The position numbers and the translations under genes were made by a program. The notes below the pieces were generated by a model. The model was not told where the DNA came from. It did not search any database and saw only the letters and a program-made list of their open reading frames with translations. A DNA stretch of 64,000 bases from Monocercomonoides exilis PA203 (taxonomy: Eukaryota; Protista; Preaxostyla). Below, piece by piece: positions 11,100 through 24,777 of this stretch (positions are counted from its first letter, which is position 1; each line of letters starts with the position of its first letter). The stretch covers positions 1-64,000 of the forward strand of contig LSRY02000076.1 of assembly GCA_001643675.2 (NCBI GenBank), read 5' to 3'.

Positions 11100-12600
11100 G
11101 AAGCAGGAACATCCGGACCATAGGCGATGTATTTGAGTGACAGTGAATTGTGCTGAACAACTGTGCATATGTTACAAGCGGATTCATGAAAGCGATGTTG
11201 AGTCCACCGGCATCGGAGCAGACGAAGTTGCTGTGGGAGAAGTGGTAATTCCAAACGGCAAGGCTGTTGTTTGTTAACTCACAGTTGTCGGCATGCGCGC
11301 AACTGCTGATCTTGGAGAGCAAGATGTTAATGAAGAAGGAATTCATCATTCTAAGGGAGCTTCATGACAAATTTGACGTTGAATAAGAAGAATAGCGCTG
11401 TCTGCTTTAATGGAGAGATCTGTTGCGAGAGATTTTCAACGAAGTTGCCAAATCCAATGTCAAGCACGTGCAAGGCTGTGAAGTGCCGAAGAAGATATTG
11501 AAATAAGAGAGAAAAGATCGTACTGAAAGAAGTGGATGTGCTATTCTGAGAGAGAAAATAATTAGGAAGATGTCTGGAGGAATCCGTCGAAAAAGCAAAA
11601 GACTCAGAAGTTGATTGAAGCAAAGGAGGAGTGGAAAGAGGAGTGGAATGAGATGAGGATGCAGTTGTTGTTTAATGCAATATCAGCGAGCGGGAAAATA
11701 CAAAGTGAACAAAAACACGATTGTTCGAGTTAGACCAAATTCGAATATTGGATAGGCAATTTTGGAGGAAGATATGGATAAAAATTGCGGAGAAGGAGAA
11801 ATAGAGGCCTAGCTGTGAGTAGCATTGCTTGGTGGAGGAGTCTGTGTCTTTGCAGAGGAATATCCTGTGGGTGCGGAAGAAAAGAAATGAAGGGCAAAAT
11901 GTTAAAGTCGTGATCGGGATCGGTGTGAGAGGAATCAGAGCTTCAATTGGATGTGCTCGCAGCAAGAGAAGGTTGGGTGAACTCGATGGAAAAGAGGGAC
12001 TCATCGATTTTGGCTGGGATATAGGAGCTCCGGAGAAAGAGTTTATTTCCTCGGAAGGCGTCGTTCAAGGCGATGCGGATGTTGAGAACGGAGACAGGGA
12101 TTGGAGGAGCTTTAGCGGAGTGGATGCAGCTTTGAAGAGGTCGTCTCCTTCGGTCGACATATCGCTCACATAGATGGTGAACACACACGTCTCAACAGCA
12201 CATTCCATTGCACATTCGCTCTCAGCATTTCACATAAGAGCTGGCCCCTTGCATAAGAGCGTAATGTGGCCTTGTTTGCACATTCTCGTCTTAATACTGT
12301 TCAAGATTCAGATTCATGTTGCCTCAAGCAGTTGAGTCGGTCAGAGCAGACGGGAAAACTGCCATGAGTGAAGAATCAATGGACAAAGTGAAAATGAATT
12401 GAAAGGATACAAGTACTGCAAAAGTGGATATAGAAGAGATGTGGAGAAATAGTCCAGGCAAGGAGACAGCGAAGATGGAGTTGTTTAAATGAGTATACAC
12501 CCTGCTTCTTCTTCAATCATCGCAAACGAAAGGAGTGTTTGCAGAGTCTGTATGGAAAATGAACAGCCAGATAAAAGATAAACTCAGCTTTCAAGCAAGT
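11100..12600 (-). mobile_element. Probable highly degenerate non-LTR retrotransposon (RT) relic
   Basis: RANVQWNVLLRRV/FTIYVSDM (needs a 2-nt slip in a TG repeat) resembles RGVPQGSVLSPLLFNIYV. It is followed by GDDL..A.TP..L, QPKS and YSQLGLYF, in RT motif order. Many stops. Confidence 0.4.
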
Positions 12601-13222
12601 CTATGCGTAAGATGTGGATGATGGAGAATAAAAGAGAATTGCTGTTAAGCAAAACATTTTTAAGTGAAAAAAACAGAAATTTTCGTATTTCTTCTCATTT
12701 TCTTAATTTTTTCTTAGTTATTTTTTTATCTTTGATCAATTTATTTAGAAAACTTCTCCAAAGAATTAATTGTTTTTTAATAATAATTCATTATAAATTG
12801 TTGTTTATCCAATAAATGTCTTGTATAACTATCATATTTTTCTATGTGTAATTTTGAAAATTGTTCATTTTTTACTAAAGTTTAATGATCTTTATCAGCA
12901 ATTTTTTAATTTCTTTTCAATAACATTTATTCAAATTTTTCATTAAAGAAATTGATTTATCGAGTTTTGAAACAATCATTATTATGCTTTTCAAGCAAGA
13001 TAACTTATGTTTTGTTATGTTTATTGTATTTTCGATTTTTTTTTTGAAATTATTTTCATTTCTCGATATTTGAAATGAAATCAATTGGAAACAAATTGAA
13101 ATCAACAAATAAATAAAAACAATAATAATTTGAGCAAAATATTTGTGAGATCATCACTTTCTTTCTTCTTATCAACACCACCCTTAATGAAAAAATTTTT
13201 TGATCAAACGTCTGAATTTTTT

Positions 13223-13247
13223 ATGATATCAAAAAAAATCACCCATA
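13223..13247. repeat. Solo end of the TGGGTGATT-type MITE family
   Basis: ATGATATCAAAAAAAATCACCCA-TA matches the right TIR of the MITE at 14750-15010. Confidence 0.55.
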
Positions 13248-13493
13248 TCTTTAAAGAATAAGCAAAAATAAAAAAACAAACCGGTAATAAAATGTATCAA
13301 CTTTGCCAAAAATCGTTCATCAAAATGCTGAGCCATTTCATGCTTCTCAGAATTTTGCAATCAAAAACAAAAAAAGTGCAAATTGAAGAAAAACTCTCAT
13401 TTTAAAGTCGACGCTATAGGGTCATCTTTTTATTGGCACTTTTTTCTTTATTGGCACAATAATTTTTTGTGATGAAAAAAAGTGAAAAACACA

Positions 13494-15366
13494 TCAAAAA
13501 AAAAATACAAAACTTGAATCAATTACTCTTTTTTCTTTTCTTATTCCATTTTCACGTTCAAAGGGGTCATATTCATCACTTGTTTCATCGTCATCATACT
13601 TAATTTTTCTGAACGTCCTTTTCACTTTTTTCTCCATGGGCAATTCTTCTTCTTCAATTTCCTTATCTTTTTCTTCAATTTCATCAATTTTCATCTTGTG
13701 TTTTTCATTATATTCATCCCATTCATCAAGAAGCTTTTCTTTTGTTATTTCTTTTCCGAAGAAGTCGAAACAATGTGAATGAGAAGGAATGAAGTATTGA
13801 GAAGACTGAGGAAGTTTCATCAACACAGATCCAGATCCATTGCTGAGGACTCCGCTGTTAACGAAGTCTTTTTTGATCACAGATGGGGTGAATGCTGTGT
13901 GAAGGGCTCATGGAAACACATCTGCAACAGCTGTTCTTTAATCAAATGAGGAGGTGGATGATGGGGAGCTGTAATTGTTTGAAAGCTCCGACTTCAATAC
14001 TGCAAATACGCCTCTGTCCAGCGGCTGCGAAATGTGTGTGGTGTGTGGAACGAATGTGACGACGTCTAATTCGGCTTCATTGAACTGTCTCCATATAGTT
14101 GAATCTGCCCGTGATGAGTGTGAGTCCAGGAGAAGAAGGCAACGATGAGATTCTTTAAGAATTCGCTTTCTTCTGTCAATGATTGCTGGCAGCAGAACTG
14201 TTAAGGCAAATTTTTGAATGATGTTTTATCCATCCAGCCTTTTGTATTTGGACAAATGTCAAGATAAGGTTTTAACCGTATTGTCAGTTCTTTCGGAAGA
14301 TTTGCGCTCGACCACAGCACGATAGACGGAAGCGAGAAGCCATCAGCAGCGATTCCAGCAACGAGAGTGGCATTCGGCATCCTTTCGGAAGTCTTTTTGA
14401 ATCCAGCTTGCTCATCTGCAGTATAAACAACAACGCCATGTGTAGAAGTCGGAATTCGAAGCGAAGATTCATCGATATTGAAGATTAATTCCTCTGGATA
14501 TTTATTTTCATCGTGTAATGCATGCAATTCGGTGTACCACGGCCTTTGGACTTTCTAGCAAGATGCCGCAAGTCTGTTGACATAAACTTGCTTTGGAAGC
14601 GATGACTTTTATTCCGGATAGCGCTTTATGAATGCGTGAACCGTCTTTAGAGTTACTGTCTTTTTCTTCTTTTCTTCATTTTCTCCTTCTTTTTCACTAT
14701 CGTTGATAATATTTTCCAACGCAATACAAATTTATATCTAATTCAAATATGGGTGATTATTTTTGAAATCATATATTTTTTCGGTGTGTTGATTTTTCAA
14801 AGATTGTTTGTTAATGAATAGAGAATTTGAATTTTTTAAAAAAAAATTCCATCAAAACCATATTAAACACAAATGTTTAAACAAAAACAACAAAGAAAAT
14901 ATTTTTAAATAAAATTTTTCAATTTTTGGTGTTTTGTTGTTAATGCTTTTGAAAAATTTTCGAATCGAATTTTTTGAATGAAAAAATATGATATCAAAAA
15001 TAATCACCCATATTAATTGCAACGCAGATCGCGTGCTTTTCGTAACGTGAGGCTTGTCCCAGATCGAGATTCTATTGTAACTTCTTCCAAAAATTGCTTT
15101 TCTTTTTCACCGTTAATAATTTGTGTGTGCCCAACTTTTGCAATCAGCATTCCTTCTTTTATTGCATATGTCGTTGATTTCAAAGACTTTTTGCTATTTC
15201 CACCATATTTAACCCCGTCGACCAGTCTGACAACATTATCATTCACAATGTGTACAATCCTTTCCAATCTTGTCACATATTTTCTGAAAAGTTGTGCAGA
15301 CATTGCTTCCTTCAGCCGCTTCTGCGCCGCTTCAGCTTTCTTTTTCACGGGAAATTTCAAATGCAT
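13494..15366 (-). pseudogene. pogo-like DDD transposase pseudogene
   Basis: IFNIDES, KGWM, LLLLDSHSS and PHTTHISQPLD motifs; HTH-like TVHAFIKRYPE; several stops and frameshifts; MITE inserted. Confidence 0.88.
14750..15010. mobile_element. 261-bp MITE with TA TSD, nested in the pogo-like element
   Basis: TA-TGGGTGATTATTTTTGAAATCATAT ... ATATGATATCAAAAATAATCACCCA-TA. Confidence 0.85.
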
Positions 15367-15989
15367 ATTATAATAATGGTCAAAAATTTATTTATTTATT
15401 TGTCAATTTTAATTGAAGGATTTTTTATTAATATTTTGTTTTTATGAATGAAAAAGATAAAAATTCAAACCTTTGTGCAGTCCAATTTCTCGTGAAAGCT
15501 CAATGGAAGGACTTGAACCACTCCATTTCACCTCCACAAGAAATTGGATATCTTTCAAAATTTAAATATTGAAAACCTAACATTGGAATATCAACATAAA
15601 ATATGTTTTTTTTATCATTTTTGGTTTTAATAAATTTTATTTTTTTAAAAAAAAAGTGCCAAAAAAGAAAAAAGTACCAATAAAAAGTTAACCATTTGTG
15701 TGAGTCACGTCGGGGAAAAAACCATCAGAATTCACATTGAATAAAATTCAAACTGTTATTTCAATGACAACAAAAATTTTGACATTATTGATTATTTAAA
15801 TGATTTGGATATTTAATCGTGTTCATCAGAGTGGAAATGAAAATATCTTTGAACAATATATGAAGTGTTCAGAAGCAGAAATACTGTGTATTAACGAAAT
15901 CATTCGTATCGAGAAGGAATGAATATCAGCTGGAATGGATGGAATAACGTGCATTTGAAGGAGTTGTCAGAATAACGGATTCGATCAAC

Positions 15990-17380
15990 ATTGTGTAATT
16001 CTCGCGAATATGGATCAAAAATGATGAACCAGCTCTCAATGGTTTTGAAGAAAACAGGTTAACAAAATTGAAATACAAAAACTTGTTGTTTGCTGCAAAG
16101 AACAAAGTGTCTCAAAAGAAATAATCATAGAATCAAGATCTGGAAGCTGTTTGCCAAAACGGAAAGTTTGCGAACTTGTTTGTTTCTCTTTAATTATTAA
16201 TGATTCTTCAAAAAAAAATGGAAAATGTTGTTAACAACACAGATAAAAAAGATGGATCTCAAGCGAATATTTCAAAGGCAGCTGACAACTGCATTGTGAA
16301 GCTCTAACCACAGCTGAAAAGAAGGGCTTCAATATAAGCTGACATTTATTGCCTTTTTGTGTTGGATCAAAGAATTCTTCAGCCGTTGAACACATCTTTT
16401 GACTGTTATTACAATAGGAATGAATTTTGTGAAAAACAGATATTCAATATGGACGAACCGACTGTGAGGGGATCGACAAACTCGAAGCTTAATGTTTTTG
16501 ATCCAACAAATGAAAAGCGTGGGTTTTCACAAAGAACAACCAGAAATGGAAATTCCACTCTGGCTGTTGCTGAAATTGCTGATGTGTTCGCGCTTCCTTC
16601 TGTGATTCTGAGGTCAAGATAACGCATTCCCGATGAAATGAATCAGCTTTTGTTACAACCTCTGAATATTTGTCCAAATGAAAGAAGCTGGATAGACAGT
16701 GAATTATTGAATAAAATGTATTTTGGAAATTCTCATTATTTCAATTACCAACAAAAAAAGCGAATGCTCTATTAAAAATCTCACAACTTATTTCAAATTA
16801 ACTCCCACATTTCTCGTGCAGATTCAACAATCTTGTTCAAGAACCGTAAAGAAAATGTTTTCGTTGAAGCCTTCACACATAGCCCAACATCTTGGCAGAA
16901 GAGTTTTCATAGCCCCCAAGAATAAACTCAAAACGAAATGTGAACCTCCTTCTTCATCGACTTCATTATCGAATAAGTGTGTTTTCGTGGATGTTCTCCC
17001 TCAAGCAATTCACACTTCATTCTCACCTGCTGTCATATAAAAAGCCTTCGCAACGCGTGGAGTTCTTCATGACGAATCTGGACCGATTCTCATGAAGCTG
17101 TCAGAAACATCGGAATATCTTCCTTCTGCACATCCAAATAGATTCAACTTTCGTGGAAAACTGATTGTCGAAGAGAAGCGACTGAGCGACTGGAACAAAC
17201 AAATTGGAAAACAAAAAGATGAAACAGTTGAAGAAGATTAAAAATGATGATGATGAGAAAGAGTTTTTCGATGAAATCAATTAATAGAAAAGAAAATTTG
17301 AGTTGAGAAAAGATTATCATGAAAGCGAAATTGAAACATTCAACATTGATTTCGGAGAAAATTGTCAAAGATAAGGAATT
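15990..17380 (+). pseudogene. Second, more decayed pogo-like transposase paralog
   Basis: IESRSGS, QIFNMDE, NSTLAVAEIADVFALPSVIL, SHIAQHLG and PQAIHTSFSPAVI are colinear with the copy at 13494-15366. Confidence 0.8.
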
Positions 17381-17970
17381 CGAACATTGAATTTGTTATT
17401 TGAGATTTATTCTTTTCTTGTTCATTTCAATAAAAGAGTCCTGATGAAAAACAAAAGGACTCAGAAAACCAATCGACCTTCACATTTCCGTTTTTATGAA
17501 GAAAATGGTGAAATGTTCAGACGATTAGAAAGATACATCTCAAAAAATCAAAATTATCAAAAACAATTGTTTGATGTTGTGAATTTTGACAATTGATATT
17601 TTTTCCTCTCAAAACTTAAAGAATGTGAGAATAAGAGTAAGTTTTTGAACATTTTTTAGATAAGAAAGGAAAACAAAGTCTGTTCGTGAACATTTCAAAG
17701 TGATTATCGATTCACAGAAACAATGAACAACAATATTTCTTGATTATTTGCTTTTTTAAAAAAAAAAAGATGTAGATCAACACTTCTAAATTTATTGCTC
17801 AAAAAAAGAAAATGAGAACAGACAGATTTCATATAATTTTCCTTTTATGAAAAAAATGTTTCGACTTTAATTTTTTGATTTATTTTTATATAACATTTTG
17901 GAATCGTATAAACATGAAGACATTTTGGTTCTGCATAAGTGAAAGATTATCCAGCATAAGACCACTTTAA

Positions 17971-20900
17971 GGGTACACAAAAAATAAAAAATAAGCTTTA
18001 TGCAAAGGCAAAAAGTTTTCGAGTGAACTTTCATCAACACTCTTTGGTGTAAACCTGTGTGACGTAATGACCACTGACGTGAATATTTTCAATTCTGACG
18101 GACTCATCAAAAATATTCGCGTCAGTGATTTTTTTTAAAAGCTGAAATATTTCGTGAAAGCATAAAAAAAATATTGAATTGTGATTTATCTCATATTTAT
18201 TATTTGCACAAGAAAATCAAAAAGTTTTTTCCTCTCACACAACATCATTTAAAAAAAAATCTAAATGGGATACTGACGGATAGGCAAAAAAGGAATTTTA
18301 GATCGTCGGTGACGGTCATGACCGCCAGGGAAAGTAAGTATTTCAATGTTGATCAAAAAATTGAAATAAATACTAATTGTTGAAGTAGTTGCATTTAGAA
18401 ATGTGAAAGATGAAATGAAATGGAATGATGAAGTATTTTTTTGCACTTTCATAAAGTTATAATGGTGGAAATCAAAATTGAAAACGTGCAACGATGGACA
18501 CACATAGAAAATTTGGCCACAAGTGAAAAAACAATTATTCATCCGAACGAAATTTCATCGGGAAATGGTTTGTTTGCTTTTAAAGAATAAATTTTTTAAA
18601 CAATATTTAATTTCCAAGCTTGCAAAATTCGCTCCAATGTTTTCGGCCAATCATGTCAAAATCCGCTCGTCATTGTTTGTCAATATCTGTTCTTCACATT
18701 TTCAAATGTATTTAAGATTCTTCTTTGATAAATTCCTCTTCAAAATTATATTTCTTTTAATTTTTTTTAACATTCATCTTTCTTTCCCGACAACATCAGA
18801 ATGAATTTTTCAATTTCTTCAACCGATTTGGAACACCAGTCACATTTATCTTTGTCACCTGATAATTTTATCCCAAAATTTTCAGAAACGCCAACTGAAC
18901 AAAAATGATGAGTGATATTCTTAAAACACGATGATAGAAGAAAATTCTTTGGATAATACAAACATGCAACAAATGTTCTTGAGAATGAGGATTGCGAAAT
19001 GGAAGAATTATTCGTTGCTGGAAGAATTGAAGGATATTCAGAAAAATTCCATTAAGCATTTTTATCGAATGAAGATAATCGCTGGATACTTTTATCACTT
19101 AATAGAATATGTTTTTTTCTCTCTTTGTGCAACGGAAGATGATGTCCGAATCAGTCTTGGAATAAGTGAAATATTTTGTGATTGAAGATTCTTCATGAAA
19201 GTTTTGATTGTGAATTTATTACTGATAAAAACTATTTCCTGTTGTTGTCATACACACGACATAATTTTTTATTTATTTTTTCTATATTTCACATCAAATC
19301 CGAGTAATAAACAAACGGTATTTTGAAGCTCGTTGATTTTTATTGCTTTTCAAAAAATACTTTGCAATTCATCTCCAAAAAATTTTATAAAATCAACGTA
19401 TTATATTTCGCTGCTTTTATCAACATGTAAATCATAGAAACCTTGCGAAATGAAACAGTTATATGGTTTATTCATTCATCTTCTTTTGAATCTTTTCTCC
19501 TAATTCTAATTCTTTTCTTGTTTCTTTGTAAATATCTTTTGTATTATTCTTTTTCCCGTCATCCCCGCAGAATGTCCTTCTCCTTGATCCGCTTGAAATA
19601 GGTTTCGTTTGGGTCTTCCTTTCAAGTCCACCAACTCGTTCCGAATACTGAATTTTCGCTTTTCTCTCTTTCTAATTCTTCGATTCTTCCTCGCTCGCAC
19701 AGCACCTAGCATTATTTGAGCTTTAAAAAGAAAGCATGCAGGCAGAGGCAGATGAGGCGAATAAGATGCATCCACCATTGGTGGCAGTCTGTTGGCTGAA
19801 CTGTTCTGAGTTGATGTTGGTGATGGTGCAGTTGGCGAGGGAGAGGGAGAGGGCAGGGGAGGTGGCAGAGGAGAGGACACAGCTGGCGGGGGAGGCTGTG
19901 GAGGTGATGTGGGTGATGCTGGAGGAGTTGAGGGTGAGGGGGCTTGTGAGGGAGGTGAGGTGGAAGATGCTTTGGCTGTTGAGGGCGAGACTGGTGATTG
20001 CTGTGTGGTTGAGGGCGAGGGAGCCAGCAGTGAGGAAGAAGAGAGGTGTTTTTATTGTTATGGAGGTTGTTCCGGTGATGGTGGTTGTGTTGAGGTTGAG
20101 GGAAGGGGAGTTTTTGGAGAGGTGGAAGAGGATGGGGGTGATTTGATTTGAGGAGTTGTGGGCGATGGCGAGGGCAGAGACTGTGAGGGAGCCCTGAGTC
20201 TGTTGGAAGAGGGCAGACGAGGCAGATGGATATGGTGAAGATGATGTTGAATGTGATGACTGTGAATGTGAGTTTTGTGGTTGAGGAATGCCACTGGAGG
20301 CGATGATGGTGGAATTTGTGCCATTTTCAGTGATTTTTGTGTCAACTGCGCTGAAGGTGAGTGTTTGAAGAGGAACAAATGTTGAGGAGAGGAGGGTGAG
20401 AGAGGCGTCTTGGAGGAGGGAAATGAAGCCAGTGAGGGCATACTCGATGGTGGCGCATGGATCTGTTGGGGTCTGCCACAGGCATCGATATCACTTCCAC
20501 CATTTGCAGCTATTTTGTTCTGGGCAACGAGGGGGAGCCAGCCATTGTACACGTCGCTATCAGCTGTATTGTTATTCCACACCCTTTTTGTTGAGGTTGT
20601 TGAGCCACAATTCTCAAATGGAGATTGAGTTATGGCATTACCATTGAAAAACACATCATTCCCCCTGCCATTTTTGGCAGTATTACCATCGAAGAAGCAG
20701 AAGGCGATGAATCTTATTTCATTCATCCAAGAATAAGTGTTCCAAAAATGCATTCCTGCACCTCCATAACTGGCAGATGCAGTCAGATTGTTGTTTATAA
20801 ATTGGCAATCATCAATCAAAAATTTGCTTGGTTTATTAATTGGTGGATTTGCAAATGTTAAAGAACCTGTTGAATCACCACCAGAATTTGAGATGCACTT

Positions 20901-22376
20901 GCTGTTTGTAAACTGAAATTGACCATTTGATGAAAGGCCAGTAACATTAAAATACCAACCGGTTCCACACCAATTTGTGATTGAACAGCTTTCAACTCTG
21001 TTTTCAGAGATTGACCAAACAGAACTGGATTGCGGCCAAGCTATGCAAGTTGCTCCTCCATGAAGAGCGGTGCAACTTGTGAAATTGGATTTTGTGATGT
21101 TAACATTCAACAGACAATAGCAATATAATGCTCCACCGCTACATCCGTTTGTTGAACAATTGAAAAATGAACACGAAGTGATCGATAAATTTGCGTTTGT
21201 GCAATTGACTTTCAGAGCACCTCCTTTATCATTTCCGCTATATGAATCATTCCACGCACACTATTCAAGGAGATAGCTGTTCAATTCAGAAAAAGCCAAT
21301 CTTCCAAGTTTCGCTCTTTCAGATTCAGATCCGACATGCACCACAGCAGCATTAGAAGAAGATCGAATAAGGAAAAAGAATTTGGTTGCATAAACGAGCA
21401 GAAAGAAGGAATGTAGTGGTGTGGAGGTAGAAATAGATACGGAGGAGAAGATGAAAAATACATTGAAAAAGCTTATCTTTAAGAAAATACAAAGAATATT
21501 CAAATTGAAGAAGCACTTTGCGTTGACAAAAAATCGTCTGCATAACAGAAATATATGAATGAATAATATAGTTGAAATAATTAAAAAAATCGATTGAAAA
21601 ATGAAAAATGAAAAGAATTTCAAAAGTTTCAAACTGTTGAAGCGATAAATAGCATATATATGTATTATACAAAATAAATGCACAAAAGCAAAATCCACAT
21701 TATTGCACAATCCATGTATAACAAATCTTATTAAAGAACAACTCATTCGAAAAAAATAGCTGAAATAAATTTATGGGATATGAGAAAAAATCAATTTTGG
21801 AAAAATTCAAAAATTAAAAACAACAAAAAAAGTTCAAAAAATTAATACTCGCACAAAAATAATCATTCACTTCTCAAAAAAAAGAAAAATAAAAAAAGAA
21901 AAATAAAATAAAATAAAAAAAATAAAAAAAATAAAAAAAATAACAGTGGAAAATTTCTGACGGACGTGAAATTTTTTTTTCGATGCGTCAGACAGGTTTA
22001 CTTTGGTGTTGACAATATGTTTTATTTATCATTTTTCTTTTTACAGGGTTTTCGTTCTCAAAAATAACTGTCCTCTAATTGAAATTTTTTATATTTTTTT
22101 GATAAATTCATTTAATAACAATAAAAAGACTTTTTCAGATTTCATAATTTGTATACAAGGGCTATTTGTTGATGTCAGGGTTGAAAATAACTCAATTAAA
22201 GTATTTTAATGAAGTTTGAAAAAAGCCTCATGAAAGTTATTATGTGAATAAAAAAACCATTCAATTATTTTCAGTTTTGATCAATTGGTTATTATTAACC
22301 AAATATATTTATAATATCTTAACATTGCATTTTTTTAGCTGTTTATTCATGGATTTAACGAAAAAATCGGGTACCC
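17971..22376. mobile_element. Possible TTAA-flanked (Kolobok-like) non-autonomous element
   Basis: TTAA-GGGTAC at 17967-17976 and GTACCC-TTAA at 22371-22380. Subterminal inverted match 18034-18066 versus 21984-22012. No transposase recognised. Confidence 0.35.
19720..21400 (-). pseudogene. Surface-protein gene fragment with GGA/FxxN parallel beta-helix-type repeats
   Basis: Close paralog of 33181-34578. TAG at 21261-21263 stands where the paralog has Trp; frameshift after CGRPQQ; truncated at ~19720. Confidence 0.75.
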
Positions 22377-22634
22377 TTAAAGTAGCATCTTGCCGATTAT
22401 CCAAATAAGAACAACAAACGGTAGCTTTTTCAAATCTTGATAGGATATGTTTGATTTTATAACTGTTGACACGAAAAAGCATTGAAAGAATGAAATGATT
22501 TGCTCAATTTAGTGATGCACATTTAAAAATTAAGAGCATGAAAATAACTCATTTACAATTTCAAAACAACGATAAATATCAAACAAAAAGCATCTCCTCC
22601 TCGTTCCATGATATTTGGGACTTTACCTGTTTCA

Positions 22635-24777
22635 TCAAAACTCGAAAATTTTTGTGCCTGAAACCTTTTTGGGGCCAGTCGGTTTCTTAATTTTGTCTAG
22701 TCTGAGCACTTTCATACTTAATGCTGAAGCATGGAATATCATCTGCAATAAAAAGTTTAATCAAAATAAACGTGAAAATCAAATTGCGATAAAAAAATAT
22801 TAAATGCAAAGATAATGTTTTCAAAATAATTAATACAATAGAAAGAAAGAAAGAAAATAATAAATAAAATGAAAATAAAATTATTTCAATATGATACGAG
22901 CAAGTCAAACAGATTTGGTAACTGGCAAACAAAGTAGTCTTCAATTACAACAATTTGTATTTTTCATACCTGAAATTGCACACATTTTGGTAGCTTTGTA
23001 AAAACAACGGCTTGCTTTTTCCGATCAACAAAAAATGTTGCAGTTTTCTTCTTTGTATTAACTTCGCAAGCGATTTGTGAACCTTTTGATCTCCAGGGAT
23101 TAAAACAAGGCAATGAAGAATAAAAACGTTCTTGATCATTTATAACCATTCCTTCTGTATTTACTCCTTTCCATTTCCCTTGGCCAAAAGGACCATATTC
23201 CCCGATTGGCCCAGAAGAAAGAAAAGCAGAAGACGATGCCAAACAGAAAGGAGGTGCAAATGGGTTTACCGCTTGATGACTCGTCGATTTACTTTTTGAC
23301 TTCTTTGGCTTCAGCGAAGAATCACGCTTCTTAATGGCATTTTTCATGTCGCTCTCGCGCACTTGTAGTATGGCAAAACCGTGGTATGATGGATTAACAT
23401 CTTCCACACTCATGTCAATGCGCCAAATGCCTTTGTTGAATGGATTGCCCAAACAAACAGGATCAGGTAATTGTCTATTCACACGAATAAGGCGCTCCTT
23501 CTGCAACAACTGAATATCTGTATCAAACGACGAATTATACCCCATTGTCTCTTCAGGGAGAAAATGAAGTGGACCTCTCATTTCTAACAAATAAACAACG
23601 AAAAATGAAATATTTCAAAATTAATAAATAAATAAATAAAAACACATAATTTGTAAAAAAATTCAGAGGATCTTTTATTTAAATAAAGAATTCAAACTTC
23701 CCTTCACTGGCTTTTTGTTTTCTTTGTATCCTTCTTTTCCTTTTCCTCCCTCTGACGAAGACGATGACGAATCAGAGCCGCTTTCATCGTTGCCGCTTTC
23801 GTCAGAATCACTTTCATCTTCAGACGCCTCTGAGTCATCTGATTCCTCATCGCTGTCAGAGTCGCTGTCAGAATCGCTGTTGCTCTTGCTTTTCTTTTCA
23901 TGCTTTCTCTCTTTCTTTTTCCCTTTCTTATCTCCTTCTTTTTGCCATTTCTCTCCGTCTTCAATCAGCCTGGCTGGCGTTCCGATAAAAGGGCTCGATT
24001 CATTAGAGGGATTAAATGGAGGCATCAACAAAGGAACCCCAAACGAAGAAGACTGAAATCCAGGTGCAGGAAATCCTGGTGGAGCCATGCTTGGCACAGA
24101 AAGCGAAGGCTCGTCAGAAACTGGCAAAGCTAAAGAGATTCCAGACGAAAAAGGACCAGCTGTGGAAAGTCCAGTTGGCAACATTGGCCCAGGCCCTTGC
24201 ATCGCACTTCCAAACGAAGGCGGGAACTTCGAAGGGCCACCAAAAGTCCCCGAACTCTCCGTTGGTGGTAATGAAGACATGAATTGCTTTGGAGCAGCCT
24301 TGTCAGCGCTTGAAGAGCTTGCTGTTTTCGAAGAAAATGCTGATGGAACAGAAAATTTCCCATTTGCTTGACACGAAGTTCTTGCCTTCCCAAAAGCAAA
24401 AGCTGCCCCACCTTTTTTCTTTGGCAAACCGCTCGAAGCTAAAACAACAACAACAACAAAGCAATAAAAGATTTTGACATTTTTTTTTGAAATTGTTATT
24501 GAAAACTTGATAACAAACTGTGTGCAGCGATAACTTCTTCAGCGATTGTGGATGCATCTCCTTCGCTCATTCCATATTCTTCCTTCAGAATACCCTCTAT
24601 TTCTTCTCTCATCGTTCCACGCACAATTCCACAGAGAAGATGAGCCGTTTCTTTCATTAAGTCAAACAGCTCATCTTTCTTTTCTTCGCTTGCTCCTCTT
24701 GCATGCACGCCTAATTCACTTAATGTTTCATCCCTCGATAACTTACGATTTCTCCCCAAACTTAAATTGCTCATCAT
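22635..24777 (-). CDS. Multi-exon hypothetical protein: Pro/Ser-rich and acidic regions, C-terminal SPRY/B30.2-like domain
   Basis: ORFs 24496-24777, 23675-24427 and 22964-23590, plus last exon MIFHASALSMKVLRLDKIKKPTGPKKVSGTKIFEF*. The pattern GIWRIDMSV...GSQIACEVNTKKKTATFFVDRKKQ is SPRY-like. Confidence 0.6.

Larger units (their letters stand above)
13419..15694 (-). mobile_element. pogo/Tigger-like (Tc1/mariner, DDE_1) transposon, defective
   Basis: Imperfect ~39-bp TIRs: TA-GGGTCATCTTTTTATTGGCACTTTTTTCTTTATTGGCAC versus GTGCCAAAAAAGAAAAAAGTACCAATAAAAAGTTAACCA. Encloses a transposase pseudogene. Confidence 0.8.
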
